The translations under genes were made by a program, and so were the position numbers. DNA of 64,000 nt from a virus: IMG/VR virus record IMGVR_UViG_3300027863_000019, positions 32,001-96,000 of that record, one strand, 5' to 3'. Each line of letters opens with the position of its first letter. Positions within the stretch are counted from its first letter, which is position 1. The notes under the pieces are model-generated. The model did not search any database and was not told the DNA's origin. It worked only from the letters and a program-made list of their open reading frames with translations. Positions 1 to 10,060 of this stretch are shown here, piece by piece.

Positions 1-2
1 GC

Positions 3-203
3 GACGAAGATTTTAGCCTTATCGTCGAGCATGATCCTCACGCTAGCGTGGGTGGCTTCTACATTAAGGGACTCCACCTACACATGTCTGGAGAGACCGT
101 CGAGCTTCCAGCTATCTACGTTACAGTAGATTCTATGGTTGCCTTCAAGGACTTCGCTGAGGTGATGCGTCGCGTTCGCGCAGACGTCGAAGACAACGAG
201 TAG
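3..203 (+). CDS. hypothetical protein, 5'-truncated by window edge
   Basis: Open frame 3 (DEDFSLIVEH...VEDNE) ending in TAG at 201-203. Confidence 0.6.
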   Translation, partial: DEDFSLIVEHDPHASVGGFYIKGLHLHMSGETVELPAIYVTVDSMVAFKDFAEVMRRVRADVEDNE

Positions 204-208
204 AATCA

Positions 209-1402
209 ATGGGATTTTCAAAAGACCAAACACTTACGTTACGTAGGTTGAACGTGATGCTCTTACAAGATCATCCGTTCTATGGTCACATAATGGCCAG
301 TTGCCGCTGGGATCATGACAATGAGATGCCAGCGGTAGCTGGGCTTAACATCCGCACTGACTATCTTACAATCCTCATCGCAGACGAATTCTTTAAGATG
401 GACTTCAATGATCAACGGTTCGTGATAATGCACGAACTGTTGCACTTCTTGTTCCAGCATCCTATACGGATGGGTAAGTTCTGCGACTTGGTAAAGAATA
501 TTGCGGGTGACCTAGCTGTCAACAGTTACATCGTGCAAAGTTCAAGACTTCAAAAAGTGGATGGTTGTTTATATCCGAAACAATTTAATCTCCCCGATAA
601 CCGTACTTATGAGTTCTATCTTAAAGAACTTAATAAGATGATCCAGAAGAACGAGCTACAACTTCCGGAAGGAATGGGTGGCGGTCAAGGTCAATGTGGC
701 GGCGGCAAAGGGGAGAAAGCTAAAAGCGGTGAGGGTGGCGAGCACTACTGGGTAATTGAAGGGACTCCAGAAGAAGCGAATGAGCTTGCTCGTCGGATGT
801 TTAACGTCGCGAAGTCGGTTGGAACTGTTCCTGCAGGCGCGCTCCGTGACTTATATGAAGCGGAAGCGAAGATCAGTTGGGAAGAGTTAGTCATTCAGTC
901 TTCGCAAAGCTCTGAGATGTCTGAAGAGTGGCGGTTTACAAAACGTCACTACTCTCGTAGGTATCATACCATTCCTGGCGTCGTCCACGAGTATCGTGGA
1001 CGAATGAAGATGTGCGTTGATACTTCGGGTTCTATGGGACCTAAAGAGATTGGCGCATGTTTCAGTGTCGTAGATAAGATGGATGGACTAGGATATGATA
1101 TCGATATCTTTGAGTTTGACGCCGACTTCCAGCGCGAGTATAAGTACTCCGGAATTCCACCCAAAGTTAAAGGCGGAGGCGGAACTCAAATTACGAGCAC
1201 CTTTAAGTACATCGCGGCAGAACATCCCGATACAACTCAAGTGTTCGTGTTTACTGATGGGATGATTTTCGATCTTGACTCAGCAAAAGCAATCGCTGAT
1301 GAGAATGGCTGGGATGTAGTCTTTATTCTAACTGCCGACTATGATGTACCGTTTGGTCAAAAAATCGTCATGGATATTGAAGGTGATATCGATGGCATGT
1401 AA
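209..1402 (+). CDS. DUF2201-like metallopeptidase + VWA domain protein
   Basis: HELLH (HExxH) motif, Gly-rich linker, C-terminal DTSGS MIDAS, GGGT and FTDG motifs. Confidence 0.85.
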   Translation: MGFSKDQTLTLRRLNVMLLQDHPFYGHIMASCRWDHDNEMPAVAGLNIRTDYLTILIADEFFKMDFNDQRFVIMHELLHFLFQHPIRMGKFCDLVKNIAGDLAVNSYIVQSSRLQKVDGCLYPKQFNLPDNRTYEFYLKELNKMIQKNELQLPEGMGGGQGQCGGGKGEKAKSGEGGEHYWVIEGTPEEANELARRMFNVAKSVGTVPAGALRDLYEAEAKISWEELVIQSSQSSEMSEEWRFTKRHYSRRYHTIPGVVHEYRGRMKMCVDTSGSMGPKEIGACFSVVDKMDGLGYDIDIFEFDADFQREYKYSGIPPKVKGGGGTQITSTFKYIAAEHPDTTQVFVFTDGMIFDLDSAKAIADENGWDVVFILTADYDVPFGQKIVMDIEGDIDGM

Positions 1403-1414
1403 AGGAGGAACTTA

Positions 1415-2497
1415 ATGGCTGAAGTAACGTTGAAAGAAGCAGTAGAACTTCTTGAGTTCATGTCGATGGAAGAGCCGCGACTCGTAACGGCATGCCTTGA
1501 AGGAGCTGCTGGCCTTGGGAAATCTTCTGTTGGTAAGCAGTTTGCCGAGAAGATGGGTTATCCCTTGGTCTTCGTTAACACTGCCGCCGTTCTCACCGAG
1601 CCGGGTGATATCTTAGGACTCCCGATTGAGAAGGATGGCGTAACACATTACGCCCCACCGTTCTGGGTAGTTGAGTGTCAGAAGCTCGCCGCGGATCCTC
1701 AAATCAAGAAGATCGTCCTCATGTTCGACGACTTTTCAAGGGTGCCCGCTCAGATCCTACAATCGATGATGTCGATCTTCTTAGATCGTAAGATCGGCGC
1801 CGCAAGCCTGCCGGAGAAAGTTTTCTTACTCTTAACCGGTAACCCCTCCAAGAAGAAAGAGTACGCAACGCGAGCGCTCGATAGAGCACAGCAAGAACGT
1901 ATTCAGGTTATCAACGTTCGTTTCGATTTGGAATGCTTTTTACAGTACGCCAATACTCATGACTTCAATCCTGAATGGATGGCCTACTGCGCCGCCTACA
2001 GTGAAAACTTCATGGATGATGGAAAGAAGGGTGCTGCGATGTCTCCTCGTACCGCTGAGTTCGCATCGCAAGCTCTCAACGCTATCAAGAAGAAAGGCTA
2101 CCCGCTCGATCATCGGATTGCGAAGACGCGTCTCGATTCGATCGTCGGTGAAACCATTCGTGAGTCTTTCCTCGTCTGTTTGAAACATCAACAAGATATC
2201 ATCTCGCCGGATAAGATTCTTGAAGGATCCTACGAGGATAAGTCCTTCAATGAAATGATGAAACGGCCGGACTTGATGTACTTGACCTACACTCGACTGG
2301 CTTCTGAGTTGACGAAGCTTTCAAACAACAATAAGATCTCACAGCTGAGCATTAAGAATCTTCGTCGTTTCATCATGCGGGTTGAGAGGGATGAGATGAA
2401 CTTCTTGTTCCTGAACATCATCCCACAAAAAGCCTCCAAGGCGATTCTCGATGGTGACACGTTCACCGTTATGAGAAATCGATTGTGGGGTGGATAG
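1415..2497 (+). CDS. MoxR-like AAA+ ATPase
   Basis: Walker A GAAGLGKS, Walker B LMFDD, TGN sensor; adjacent to VWA gene; RBS aggagg. Confidence 0.85.
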   Translation: MAEVTLKEAVELLEFMSMEEPRLVTACLEGAAGLGKSSVGKQFAEKMGYPLVFVNTAAVLTEPGDILGLPIEKDGVTHYAPPFWVVECQKLAADPQIKKIVLMFDDFSRVPAQILQSMMSIFLDRKIGAASLPEKVFLLLTGNPSKKKEYATRALDRAQQERIQVINVRFDLECFLQYANTHDFNPEWMAYCAAYSENFMDDGKKGAAMSPRTAEFASQALNAIKKKGYPLDHRIAKTRLDSIVGETIRESFLVCLKHQQDIISPDKILEGSYEDKSFNEMMKRPDLMYLTYTRLASELTKLSNNNKISQLSIKNLRRFIMRVERDEMNFLFLNIIPQKASKAILDGDTFTVMRNRLWGG

Positions 2498-2526
2498 ATT
2501 TCCTTTTTCTAACATTAACCTCTAAC

Positions 2527-2556
2527 TGTGGGGGGAGAATAAAACTCCCCCCCACA
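2527..2556 (+). terminator. GC-rich hairpin, possible terminator
   Basis: tgtggggggag...ctcccccccaca inverted repeat after the AAA gene; no clear U-tract. Confidence 0.45.
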
Positions 2557-2571
2557 CTCTCGGAGCTTCAA

Positions 2572-2778
2572 ATGTCAAGACGTTTAGGACCTATAGAAGA
2601 CATTAGGGAACCAATTAAAGATCTACACATGAAGCTTATTAATGAAAAGTTACCCCACATTATCGCAGTATTAGAAGGCGATTCAGTGCATGTAGTTATT
2701 GCTGGAAAGATGGAAGATCGTAAACAAGTGTTACAAGCAATTTTAGCGAATAAAGATTGGCAGGACCTGGGAAAATGA
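2572..2778 (+). CDS. hypothetical protein
   Basis: ATG at 2572 preceded by ggag. Confidence 0.55.
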   Translation: MSRRLGPIEDIREPIKDLHMKLINEKLPHIIAVLEGDSVHVVIAGKMEDRKQVLQAILANKDWQDLGK

Positions 2779-2898
2779 TTCCAAAAATTCCAAAAATTTC
2801 AAACTTTGCTCACAAATTTTCTCCCTTTTTGGCTTCAAATGAAGCCTAATAAAATAAATAAATAAATATAAAACAATAAAGAAAAAAAAGGATTCCTT

Positions 2899-3120
2899 GT
2901 GTCATACATACTTTGTAGTGAATGTAAAGTTACCTTACGATGTGTAAAGAATGAAAAAGTTGTAAGGATGGGTGGCGCAGAAATAAAATGGGGTGATGAA
3001 TATAAATGCCCCAAATGTGGTATCATGGTTATTACAGGATTTGGTTCGTCGTTGATGCCATGGGATGTACATTACGCAGAGCATGTTCCAGAAATTGAAG
3101 TTGAGGGAGCTTACGATTGA
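2899..3120 (+). CDS. small Zn-ribbon protein
   Basis: CSEC and CPKC pairs. Confidence 0.6.
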   Translation: MSYILCSECKVTLRCVKNEKVVRMGGAEIKWGDEYKCPKCGIMVITGFGSSLMPWDVHYAEHVPEIEVEGAYD

Positions 3121-3181
3121 TGTAACTGAAAAAGAAAGCTCAGGCATTACAAATCCTTAATAGCAAAGGAGATAAAGAAAC

Positions 3182-3442
3182 ATGCAGACAAAAACGCAAA
3201 CGCTACACAATAACGTTCCGGTCGAAGAGATCATTTCTGAGACTGCTCCGCATTCAGTTGAGTTAAGTCGCAATGCAAAGGGTCAGTTCAGCTGGACGAT
3301 CAAGATGTACTTCAAGGAAGAAGACAAGGGAGCGATAGTTAATGAAATCGAGAAGCTGAATAACATCATGCTTCTCACCTTCCCCAATGTCGATGACACT
3401 GAGAAGTTAACAAAGCTCGATAAGAAGGTCCAAGGAAAGTAA
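3182..3442 (+). CDS. hypothetical protein
   Basis: ORF with aggag RBS. Confidence 0.65.
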   Translation: MQTKTQTLHNNVPVEEIISETAPHSVELSRNAKGQFSWTIKMYFKEEDKGAIVNEIEKLNNIMLLTFPNVDDTEKLTKLDKKVQGK

Positions 3443-3443
3443 T

Positions 3444-3683
3444 ATGTTATACAAAGGTCGTATGATGTGCCAGAAGTGTGGAGAGCGCGAAGCTACGGAG
3501 ACGTGGACGACTGATATAATGTCGTTCATTCATGGTATGTCTCAGCAGTGGTGCAAGTATTGTGTGATCAAAGAGCAATTGGACTTTGCACGCAAACAAG
3601 CTGAACGCGTTCCACAACTTGAGGAAGAGCTTAAACGCGAACTCCTAAAAACGGAATTAGAGCAGAAAAAATCAGTTGATTAA
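3444..3683 (+). CDS. Zn-finger/coiled-coil hypothetical protein
   Basis: CQKC...CKYC followed by coiled coil. Confidence 0.6.
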   Translation: MLYKGRMMCQKCGEREATETWTTDIMSFIHGMSQQWCKYCVIKEQLDFARKQAERVPQLEEELKRELLKTELEQKKSVD

Positions 3684-3732
3684 TAGTAATAATTGATTAA
3701 TAATATAAGTAAAAATATTAGGAGGTTCCTCA

Positions 3733-4233
3733 ATGGGAGACTTAATGGATGCCATCTTGTCGGGTAGCACAAAACAAAAAACGGAGTACGTTGAAGCTCC
3801 GGAAGTCCAGGAACTGTCAGAGAAGCTGATTGAAGATTTCGGTTTCATTGACGCGAGCATGGCTCGCGTCAAGTACTTATTCAAGATCTCGGAGAAGTCC
3901 AAGTTCGCAGGCAAGATTTCGAGATCTGGCCCGAAGTGGAAACACATCACTGGTTACGATTACGTCTTTGAAGTGTGGAAGAGCTTCTGGGAAGCGGAGC
4001 CTCACAATCGCAATGCGATGATATATCACGAGCTCAGCCATATTGAGCGTGAGGAAACTAAGAAGGGTATTCGCTGGAAAGTCAAGGATCACCCGATCGA
4101 AGCCTTCCCGGATGAGATCAAGATGTTCGGTCCTTGGAGCCCACAGCTAAAACATGCGGTCGAAGCGTTGGATGATTTCAACTCTGAGGTCGCTAAACCG
4201 GTGAAAGGGGATACAACCGAAGCAACAGTGTAG
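3733..4233 (+). CDS. phage putative metallopeptidase
   Basis: YHELSHI HExxH motif then DHPIEAF; aggagg RBS. Confidence 0.75.
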   Translation: MGDLMDAILSGSTKQKTEYVEAPEVQELSEKLIEDFGFIDASMARVKYLFKISEKSKFAGKISRSGPKWKHITGYDYVFEVWKSFWEAEPHNRNAMIYHELSHIEREETKKGIRWKVKDHPIEAFPDEIKMFGPWSPQLKHAVEALDDFNSEVAKPVKGDTTEATV

Positions 4234-4256
4234 TTCGCAGTAAAACGTTTGGGGGT

Positions 4257-4293
4257 AGAGAAGGTGAGGATTTTCCTCGCCTTCTCTTATTTT
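4257..4293 (+). terminator. rho-independent terminator-like hairpin
   Basis: agagaaggtgagg-attt(t)-cctcgccttctct followed by tatttt. Confidence 0.55.
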
Positions 4294-4306
4294 AAAAGGA
4301 GACACC

Positions 4307-4522
4307 ATGAAAGTAACAAAAATCGAAGTAGGCGTCGACAAAAAACTTAGTGTGAATTATCAGTCATTGGGTCTGCATATTGGTATGGTAGCTGAAGTTG
4401 GTGAAGACGAATCAGCTGAATTATGCGCTCAAGAATTAAAGAAGGTGGTTGAGGGGATCCTTGACCCAATGCTTATCGATTCCGCTAAGAGCTTGGCCGA
4501 TCTCACCAAGCAAATGAAGTGA
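4307..4522 (+). CDS. hypothetical protein
   Basis: ORF with aggag RBS. Confidence 0.65.
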   Translation: MKVTKIEVGVDKKLSVNYQSLGLHIGMVAEVGEDESAELCAQELKKVVEGILDPMLIDSAKSLADLTKQMK

Positions 4523-4596
4523 AGTAAAGTAATGAAGTGATGGGGTGAAATGAAGTAAAATGTTGGACCATTCCAAAATACGGAGAACTACTTCCT

Positions 4597-5640
4597 GTGA
4601 AAGCTCTCAAGACTCATCTCCTGTTACCACCAATTCCGGAGGAGAGAAAAGATGGTGAATCATTGAGACTGGCAACCGTTTACCTAACAAAGCACCCGAT
4701 AGCAAAAGAAAACTTCGGGGGAGTTCAATGGCAATGGCGTACCGCAAAACGCTTTTATATGATCACGCCTCGAATTGTAACTCTTGACGCGATCGCCGAG
4801 AACGTCACGAAGTATAACGAGTCCGAAGTTTGCTCCTTATGCGCAGAAAGACCACAATGCTTAGGGAAGGAGGAAGAACTCTACGCGAAGTGTTACAGAA
4901 GAATTAGGGATGCGCGTATTAGACATCACTCGTTAGACTTCGATAGGTTCCTCTTATCATCTTTGTTTGATGAGTCAGAGAACTTAAAGATCATTCGCAA
5001 CTGGACGATCCATGACATCTATGAACGGAGGTGCGCCGTTGAGCAGATGTTACGATTCTGTAACGAGGATTCAATTCCATCACGTTGTGATGGATGTTTC
5101 CTCGTGAATCAGTGTCCGCAGAATTTTAAGTTAAGAGCGTTGACTGGGAGATGCTTTCCGGCTGATATGAATTGGATCAAAGAGAGGTTGACGAACGCCC
5201 ATTGCGTGAAAGTAAAAGGCGAATTAACCTTTGATTTCAATTGGTTAAGTTTTATGCATTGGAATTTAGTTACGTACTTAGTATTTAAGCCAGCGTGGAT
5301 TTGTCGTGATAACTCAAAGGTGTATGGGAGTCGTTTAGTTGATCACGACTTCCTTTGCAAGACAAAACACCTTTCATATTGGAATACAGCGCTAACAATT
5401 GATCAGATAACGTTTCATCCGATTGAAACCGACTTCGACATCTTTTATGTACTGAAGTCGTTGGCAAGGCAAGCAAGAAGTTTATGTATCATTGGGACGA
5501 CGCAAGGTGGTAATCTTGGGCCACATACAAAAGGTGAAACGGTTAGTTCAATCCTCAGAGAAATTTCTTATTACTGGCCTATAATCCGTCAAGCGTTAGC
5601 GCGGGGAGTTGATGTGTGGAATTTAAGTCATATGTCTTAG
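4597..5640 (+). CDS. Cys-rich hypothetical protein
   Basis: 347 aa ORF with two CxxC-x5-C motifs. Confidence 0.65.
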   Translation: MKALKTHLLLPPIPEERKDGESLRLATVYLTKHPIAKENFGGVQWQWRTAKRFYMITPRIVTLDAIAENVTKYNESEVCSLCAERPQCLGKEEELYAKCYRRIRDARIRHHSLDFDRFLLSSLFDESENLKIIRNWTIHDIYERRCAVEQMLRFCNEDSIPSRCDGCFLVNQCPQNFKLRALTGRCFPADMNWIKERLTNAHCVKVKGELTFDFNWLSFMHWNLVTYLVFKPAWICRDNSKVYGSRLVDHDFLCKTKHLSYWNTALTIDQITFHPIETDFDIFYVLKSLARQARSLCIIGTTQGGNLGPHTKGETVSSILREISYYWPIIRQALARGVDVWNLSHMS

Positions 5641-5713
5641 GAAGCTTTAAAATTGGGGCCACGCTTAATCTCGCGTAGAATGCGTTTTAACTATGAAAAA
5701 ATCGCAAGACTGA

Positions 5714-7201
5714 ATGAAAGATCAACCTGAAATTGAAGTTAAGCCACATGAATCTACAGAGCCGAAAAAGTTTGAGTGGACTTCATGCGGTACATCAAGC
5801 GTATGGTATAATGATTCATTGATATCAACATCGTCATCGTCATATATTTATGGTAACTATTGTGTCGGAAACTGGAATGTCTATCAACCCGGATGTGTGA
5901 TTGTTGGTCCACATTCACCAACGATAGGAGAAGATCCTATGTCTGTGGCTAAAGATTCAACTAATAAGACCTTAAAGGAGTACCTTGAGGAGTTTCAGCA
6001 GGAGTGTAATCTCCTAGATCAGCTGGTCCTCGAGCAAGCTGCGAAGCACAGTAAGAAGTACGAACATGAATTCATTGAATTCAAGAAGGCTTTGGAGTGT
6101 GAAGAGCAAAAAGCTGACTCGCCTATCTACGCGATCGAGTTCGCAACCGCGAAGGTTTTCTTACAGTACTATGCAAACATGGCGTTACAGAAGCCACTGC
6201 CCCAATTAAAGAGCGAGCAAGTGATGCAAGTATCGAAGTATCTCGCGGCTACTATTACGTGTGAGCTTCGACATCGAAATCTGAGGTGCAAGAGCTTTTG
6301 GTCTCGAGCGATTTATTTGTGGGATTTGCTCGATGAGTGGGGTATTAATGATCAGATCAGCCGGCGCGATGCCGGCTTAGCGTTTTTAAGAAGCTCTGCC
6401 GATTGGGATGGCTTCATGATAGAACAATATTTGAGGCTTGGAGCCTACATCTTCGGCGGCAGATGGGAAGGTAGTTATGGTGGTTGGCCGTGGGCTTCAG
6501 TTGCTTGGTATGCAAGCGAGTGGGTCTCCAACGCGATCACTAAAGGTGAGATTCCGGTTATCCTTTGGGAGAAGATGTTAAACGCTGCCCATAATAATGG
6601 GCGGTGGATGAATAAGTTAGGAATGGGAAATGTCATGGGCGTTCTAAACATGGGCGCTAATGCAAGTCCTGCAATCATCACCGGGATCGCAAAGAAAGCC
6701 CTTCTCATTGATAATCCGAATGATTTCCGGAGAATCATTCGGAAGTGGACTCACTGTAGTTTACCTGGTAAAAAGAATGAGCTTGAACTTCCTGATCCTG
6801 GTGTGCTTGTTGACACTACGACCTTCAGACGCAGCAAACGCGAGACCTTTATCAAGAAGATAAAAGAAAAAGAAAAGGAGTTGAAAGAGAAATCCAAAGC
6901 GATCGTTCTTGATGCTCCTGATAAGGCTCCAGTTGAATTGAAGGAAGTTGAGGAAGCGAAGAAACCATCCACTCACGAACAAGTCGATAAGAAACTAACA
7001 GTCAAAGCCGACTTTAAGAAGATTGAAGAAATGGTTATCTTAAAGTCTTCATCATGGAAAGAAATGACATCTAAGAAGGAGGATACGGATCCAAATAAGT
7101 ATTCAACAAAAGACGATGGATTTACATTAGCCGAGGAGTGGACTTTAATGAGACCCCAAACGAAAGAAGGAGGTATCAATGAGCAAGTGGCAACAGGGTA
7201 A
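5714..7201 (+). CDS. hypothetical protein
   Basis: 495 aa ORF; start uncertain; YGGWPW...HNNG segment; charged C-terminus. Confidence 0.7.
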   Translation: MKDQPEIEVKPHESTEPKKFEWTSCGTSSVWYNDSLISTSSSSYIYGNYCVGNWNVYQPGCVIVGPHSPTIGEDPMSVAKDSTNKTLKEYLEEFQQECNLLDQLVLEQAAKHSKKYEHEFIEFKKALECEEQKADSPIYAIEFATAKVFLQYYANMALQKPLPQLKSEQVMQVSKYLAATITCELRHRNLRCKSFWSRAIYLWDLLDEWGINDQISRRDAGLAFLRSSADWDGFMIEQYLRLGAYIFGGRWEGSYGGWPWASVAWYASEWVSNAITKGEIPVILWEKMLNAAHNNGRWMNKLGMGNVMGVLNMGANASPAIITGIAKKALLIDNPNDFRRIIRKWTHCSLPGKKNELELPDPGVLVDTTTFRRSKRETFIKKIKEKEKELKEKSKAIVLDAPDKAPVELKEVEEAKKPSTHEQVDKKLTVKADFKKIEEMVILKSSSWKEMTSKKEDTDPNKYSTKDDGFTLAEEWTLMRPQTKEGGINEQVATG

Positions 7202-7853
7202 GCAACCCACAGGTTTTAAACACGGTGAGGGATCGAATCTTCCCGCGGCTTCTATAAGGGGAAGCTATTGGGATAAGTGGAACAAAGGCTCCAGCTATAG
7301 AAGTGCTATAGCTTCCTGTAGGCCACATCAAGAGTGGTTAAAGATCGGCAACGACGAAGAGTCTTATGAAGTTTGGTTGAAGTCGGCCGGCGGCTACATT
7401 CACAAAGACGTTGATATCTTTCTGGATCTCGCGTTGGCGTATAACGCCAAGACGATTCCACCAGACCTCACAAAATACTTACCATCCAATGCGGTAAAGA
7501 CGCGGAGAGTCTGTTACGTGATCGACGATGGAAAGACCGATCCATACATTGGTGAATTCATTCTTAATATGCTCCGTGACGGACTCAAGCTTGGTTGGGG
7601 TTGCATCGGCGGTCACGGTAGAACAGGTTGGGTAGCCGCGAAGGTGCATCAAATGATCACCGGCTGCACTGGTGATGAAGCGGTAGCTTACATTCGTAAG
7701 AACTATTGCGATAACGCGATAGAGACACAAATCCAGTTGGATGACTTGGGGGCTAAGACATCGAAGCCGGGAAAGTTTGAGTGCTCGGTAGTGCATGTTC
7801 GAAGCTACGAGACGGTTGGTTTTGATCCAGAAAGTGGAACTCCGCTACGCTGA
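7179..7853 (+). CDS. protein-tyrosine/dual-specificity phosphatase-like protein
   Basis: CX5R P-loop CIGGHGRTG; downstream AIETQIQ. Confidence 0.8.
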   Translation: MSKWQQGKQPTGFKHGEGSNLPAASIRGSYWDKWNKGSSYRSAIASCRPHQEWLKIGNDEESYEVWLKSAGGYIHKDVDIFLDLALAYNAKTIPPDLTKYLPSNAVKTRRVCYVIDDGKTDPYIGEFILNMLRDGLKLGWGCIGGHGRTGWVAAKVHQMITGCTGDEAVAYIRKNYCDNAIETQIQLDDLGAKTSKPGKFECSVVHVRSYETVGFDPESGTPLR

Positions 7854-7859
7854 GAAGAG

Positions 7860-7908
7860 GTTCAAATCCTCCAAACTATAACTTAAAACTAGTTTGGAGG
7901 ATTTGAGC
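7860..7908. repeat. 19-bp inverted repeat
   Basis: gttcaaatcctccaaacta / tagtttggaggatttgagc, 11-nt loop. Confidence 0.7.
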
Positions 7909-8075
7909 AATGCTAAAGAAATATTTTAAATGAAATCGAAAAATGTACCGTGCGATGACATTCACAGCATCGCAAGCTTACATCAGAGATGTTTAATTGG
8001 AAGAAGTTTTAAACCGGCTAAACCCGAAGGTACCTTCGGCTAAGCATAACCCAAATCTCTCGAGGGAGGAACATC

Positions 8076-8324
8076 ATGGCCGTACAAAAAGTAAAATCTT
8101 GGGCTGGTACCAACGAGTATTACGTTGGTAATAACTGCTTTCGTATCCGGAAGCTCGGAAGCGACCGCGTGCGTTTGCATCTACGTCGTGATATTGTCCG
8201 CGTTCGCGATGAGTATATCGCGGTCGATCCGAAGGTGGAAGATCTGATTGCCGCCTTCAAGGAGCTCGATCTGCTTCCCGAAGAAGTAGCCAAGCCATAC
8301 AAAGACCCGTTTGAAGACTGCTAA
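8076..8324 (+). CDS. hypothetical protein
   Basis: ORF with ggagg RBS. Confidence 0.65.
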   Translation: MAVQKVKSWAGTNEYYVGNNCFRIRKLGSDRVRLHLRRDIVRVRDEYIAVDPKVEDLIAAFKELDLLPEEVAKPYKDPFEDC

Positions 8325-8335
8325 ATGGGTGTAGC

Positions 8336-8373
8336 AAGATAGGAGGAACTCTTTAGAGGGTTCCTCCTATCTT
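8336..8373 (+). terminator. terminator hairpin ending early gene block
   Basis: aagataggaggaactct / agggttcctcctatctt. Confidence 0.6.
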
Positions 8374-8620
8374 TCGTTATGTAATCTTTGTGAGTTAGCA
8401 TTCTGTCTTCTTCCTACTACTATTAGTGAGAATTGTCCCAACTTCCTCAGTGGGGAGGAGTGTGCTCAATATTCTTTTGTCGACTCTATAAAGTTTCTGG
8501 AAATAGAAAAATTAATCAAAATAGACGTTGTAACCAAAGAAAGGATTGTCAAATATACTTTTAAATTTTTTGATGCGTCGCATCTCTATTTTTTTATATA
8601 TACATATATTTTAATTTTTT

Positions 8621-8701
<81 letters not shown>

Positions 8702-8859
8702 TATACCCCACGGTCGTTGTTTTTTTTTTTAGAATAGATTTTAATTGGGAATGGGAAAGTTTAAAGGGAAGGAGGAAGATTATGAAAAAAGGGCCCGATC
8801 ATAATTATTTTTGACTTCGTAGAAGTTGAGGCCTCGACTAGCTTCCCAGAAATAGAACC

Positions 8860-8898
8860 GAAGCTTTCTACTTCAGCAGAGAGAGAGAGAGCATTCAC
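8860..8898 (+). mobile_element. degenerate IS200/IS605 right-end repeat (copy 1)
   Basis: gaagctttctacttcagcaga...gagagcattcac; shares cttcagc and GAGCATTCAC with other copies. Confidence 0.5.
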
Positions 8899-9114
8899 AA
8901 ACTTTGATAGCGGGGAAGTCGATTAAAAAAACATCGTAATAGGAGGCCATAAGTGGAAGGTAGAGAAATGCAGAAACGGATGAGACGATCAAAAATCGTT
9001 CTCTTCGTCATCACCGGCGCAATCATTATAGCGGAGATATTCAAGTTCTTCTTCGATCATCAATGAACGACTCATATGATAATTCACTTCCTGTTGCAGC
9101 TCTTGACTTTTCTT

Positions 9115-9182
9115 GGTCCTATAGCTCAACAGTAGAGCAGACTCCTCATTAGACTTAGGTTCAATTCCTAACAGGACTATCA
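9115..9182 (+). pseudogene. tRNA pseudogene (CAT-like loop, anticodon arm partly deleted)
   Basis: Acceptor ggtcct/aggact, D arm gctc/gagc, T arm ttagg-ttcaatt-cctaa; 3' anticodon strand missing; ends TCA. Confidence 0.65.
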
Positions 9183-9184
9183 CA

Positions 9185-9526
9185 TTGAAAGACAGAATTG
9201 GTAAACCATTCCATACTTTCGGTCAATTCAGTACTGTAAGATCTCATAAACCGGTTTGTAAGATATCCTGTCCTGCATGTAATCATATAAGTTATTCACA
9301 TTATATCCCTGGTTCATGTATTTCTATAACTTGCGTTAATTGTGAAACTAAGTTTATGGGAACTGTTGAACTTGGTAAGTGTGGCGAATGTGAACAAAGA
9401 GTTCGCTGTCTCGGCTTAATACCAGTTAAGTTTGAAACAGTTGATGATAATTTCGATCGTATTCCATCTGAAAATATTTCAACCTCAACTGGGGTTTTTG
9501 ATGTTTTGCGGAAGCGTTTCATTTAG
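9185..9526 (+). CDS. Cys-rich Zn-ribbon protein (paralog family A)
   Basis: CPAC, CVNC, CGECEQRVRCL. Confidence 0.6.
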   Translation: MKDRIGKPFHTFGQFSTVRSHKPVCKISCPACNHISYSHYIPGSCISITCVNCETKFMGTVELGKCGECEQRVRCLGLIPVKFETVDDNFDRIPSENISTSTGVFDVLRKRFI

Positions 9527-9599
9527 GTATCACGATTAATATCGTGACTCACAGATTCTTTGAAAAGCAGTTAAAGGTGAGTCCACGCGTTAGGTCGCA

Positions 9600-9974
9600 A
9601 TGAAAATTCCCAGTAAGCTTAGAAAAATCTTGAATGGATTACCGCCATGCCAAGAAAAACAAATCTCGACTTGGTATCACTCTCCGCAAACAGTAGAACC
9701 GTTTATCTTTTGTAAGGATCACGCTTGCGAAGAATGTATACTTCATAAAGCGACTATGATTACTAAATGCCCTTATTGTGGTACTTCAGTAGCAACAACT
9801 GTAGTCGTAGCTAAGAATGGATTTACATTATGTAGAATTGTGCAATGTGTTTGTAGACAACAATTTCGTGTAGTCTTTTGTGACATCTTTTGCAACTCTT
9901 GTAAATGTAAAGCGCAGTGTCTTTCAGTTCCTGCCGTGAAGCCTGATATTAGACTTCATGAAAAAATTAAATGA
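9600..9974 (+). CDS. Cys-rich Zn-ribbon protein (paralog family A)
   Basis: CPYC, CVC, CNSCKCKAQCL. Confidence 0.6.
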   Translation: MKIPSKLRKILNGLPPCQEKQISTWYHSPQTVEPFIFCKDHACEECILHKATMITKCPYCGTSVATTVVVAKNGFTLCRIVQCVCRQQFRVVFCDIFCNSCKCKAQCLSVPAVKPDIRLHEKIK

Positions 9975-10060
9975 TTGTAACTTTTTACTTGACTTTCTAT
10001 CTCAGATAAGACAAATTGAATTAACAATAGGAGGAGGTCTATTGGAAGGAAATAAAAACT

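Noticed and set aside
4512-4562. Short tgaagt repeats
   Set aside because: Low complexity and irregular; no function supportable.
7857-7871. gaggttcaaatcctc T-arm-like sequence
   Set aside because: No D arm or acceptor stem; it is part of a longer inverted repeat.
8989-9183. Minus-strand 64-aa ORF
   Set aside because: Overlaps the tRNA relic; only a 28-aa acidic tail might be real and it cannot be supported.
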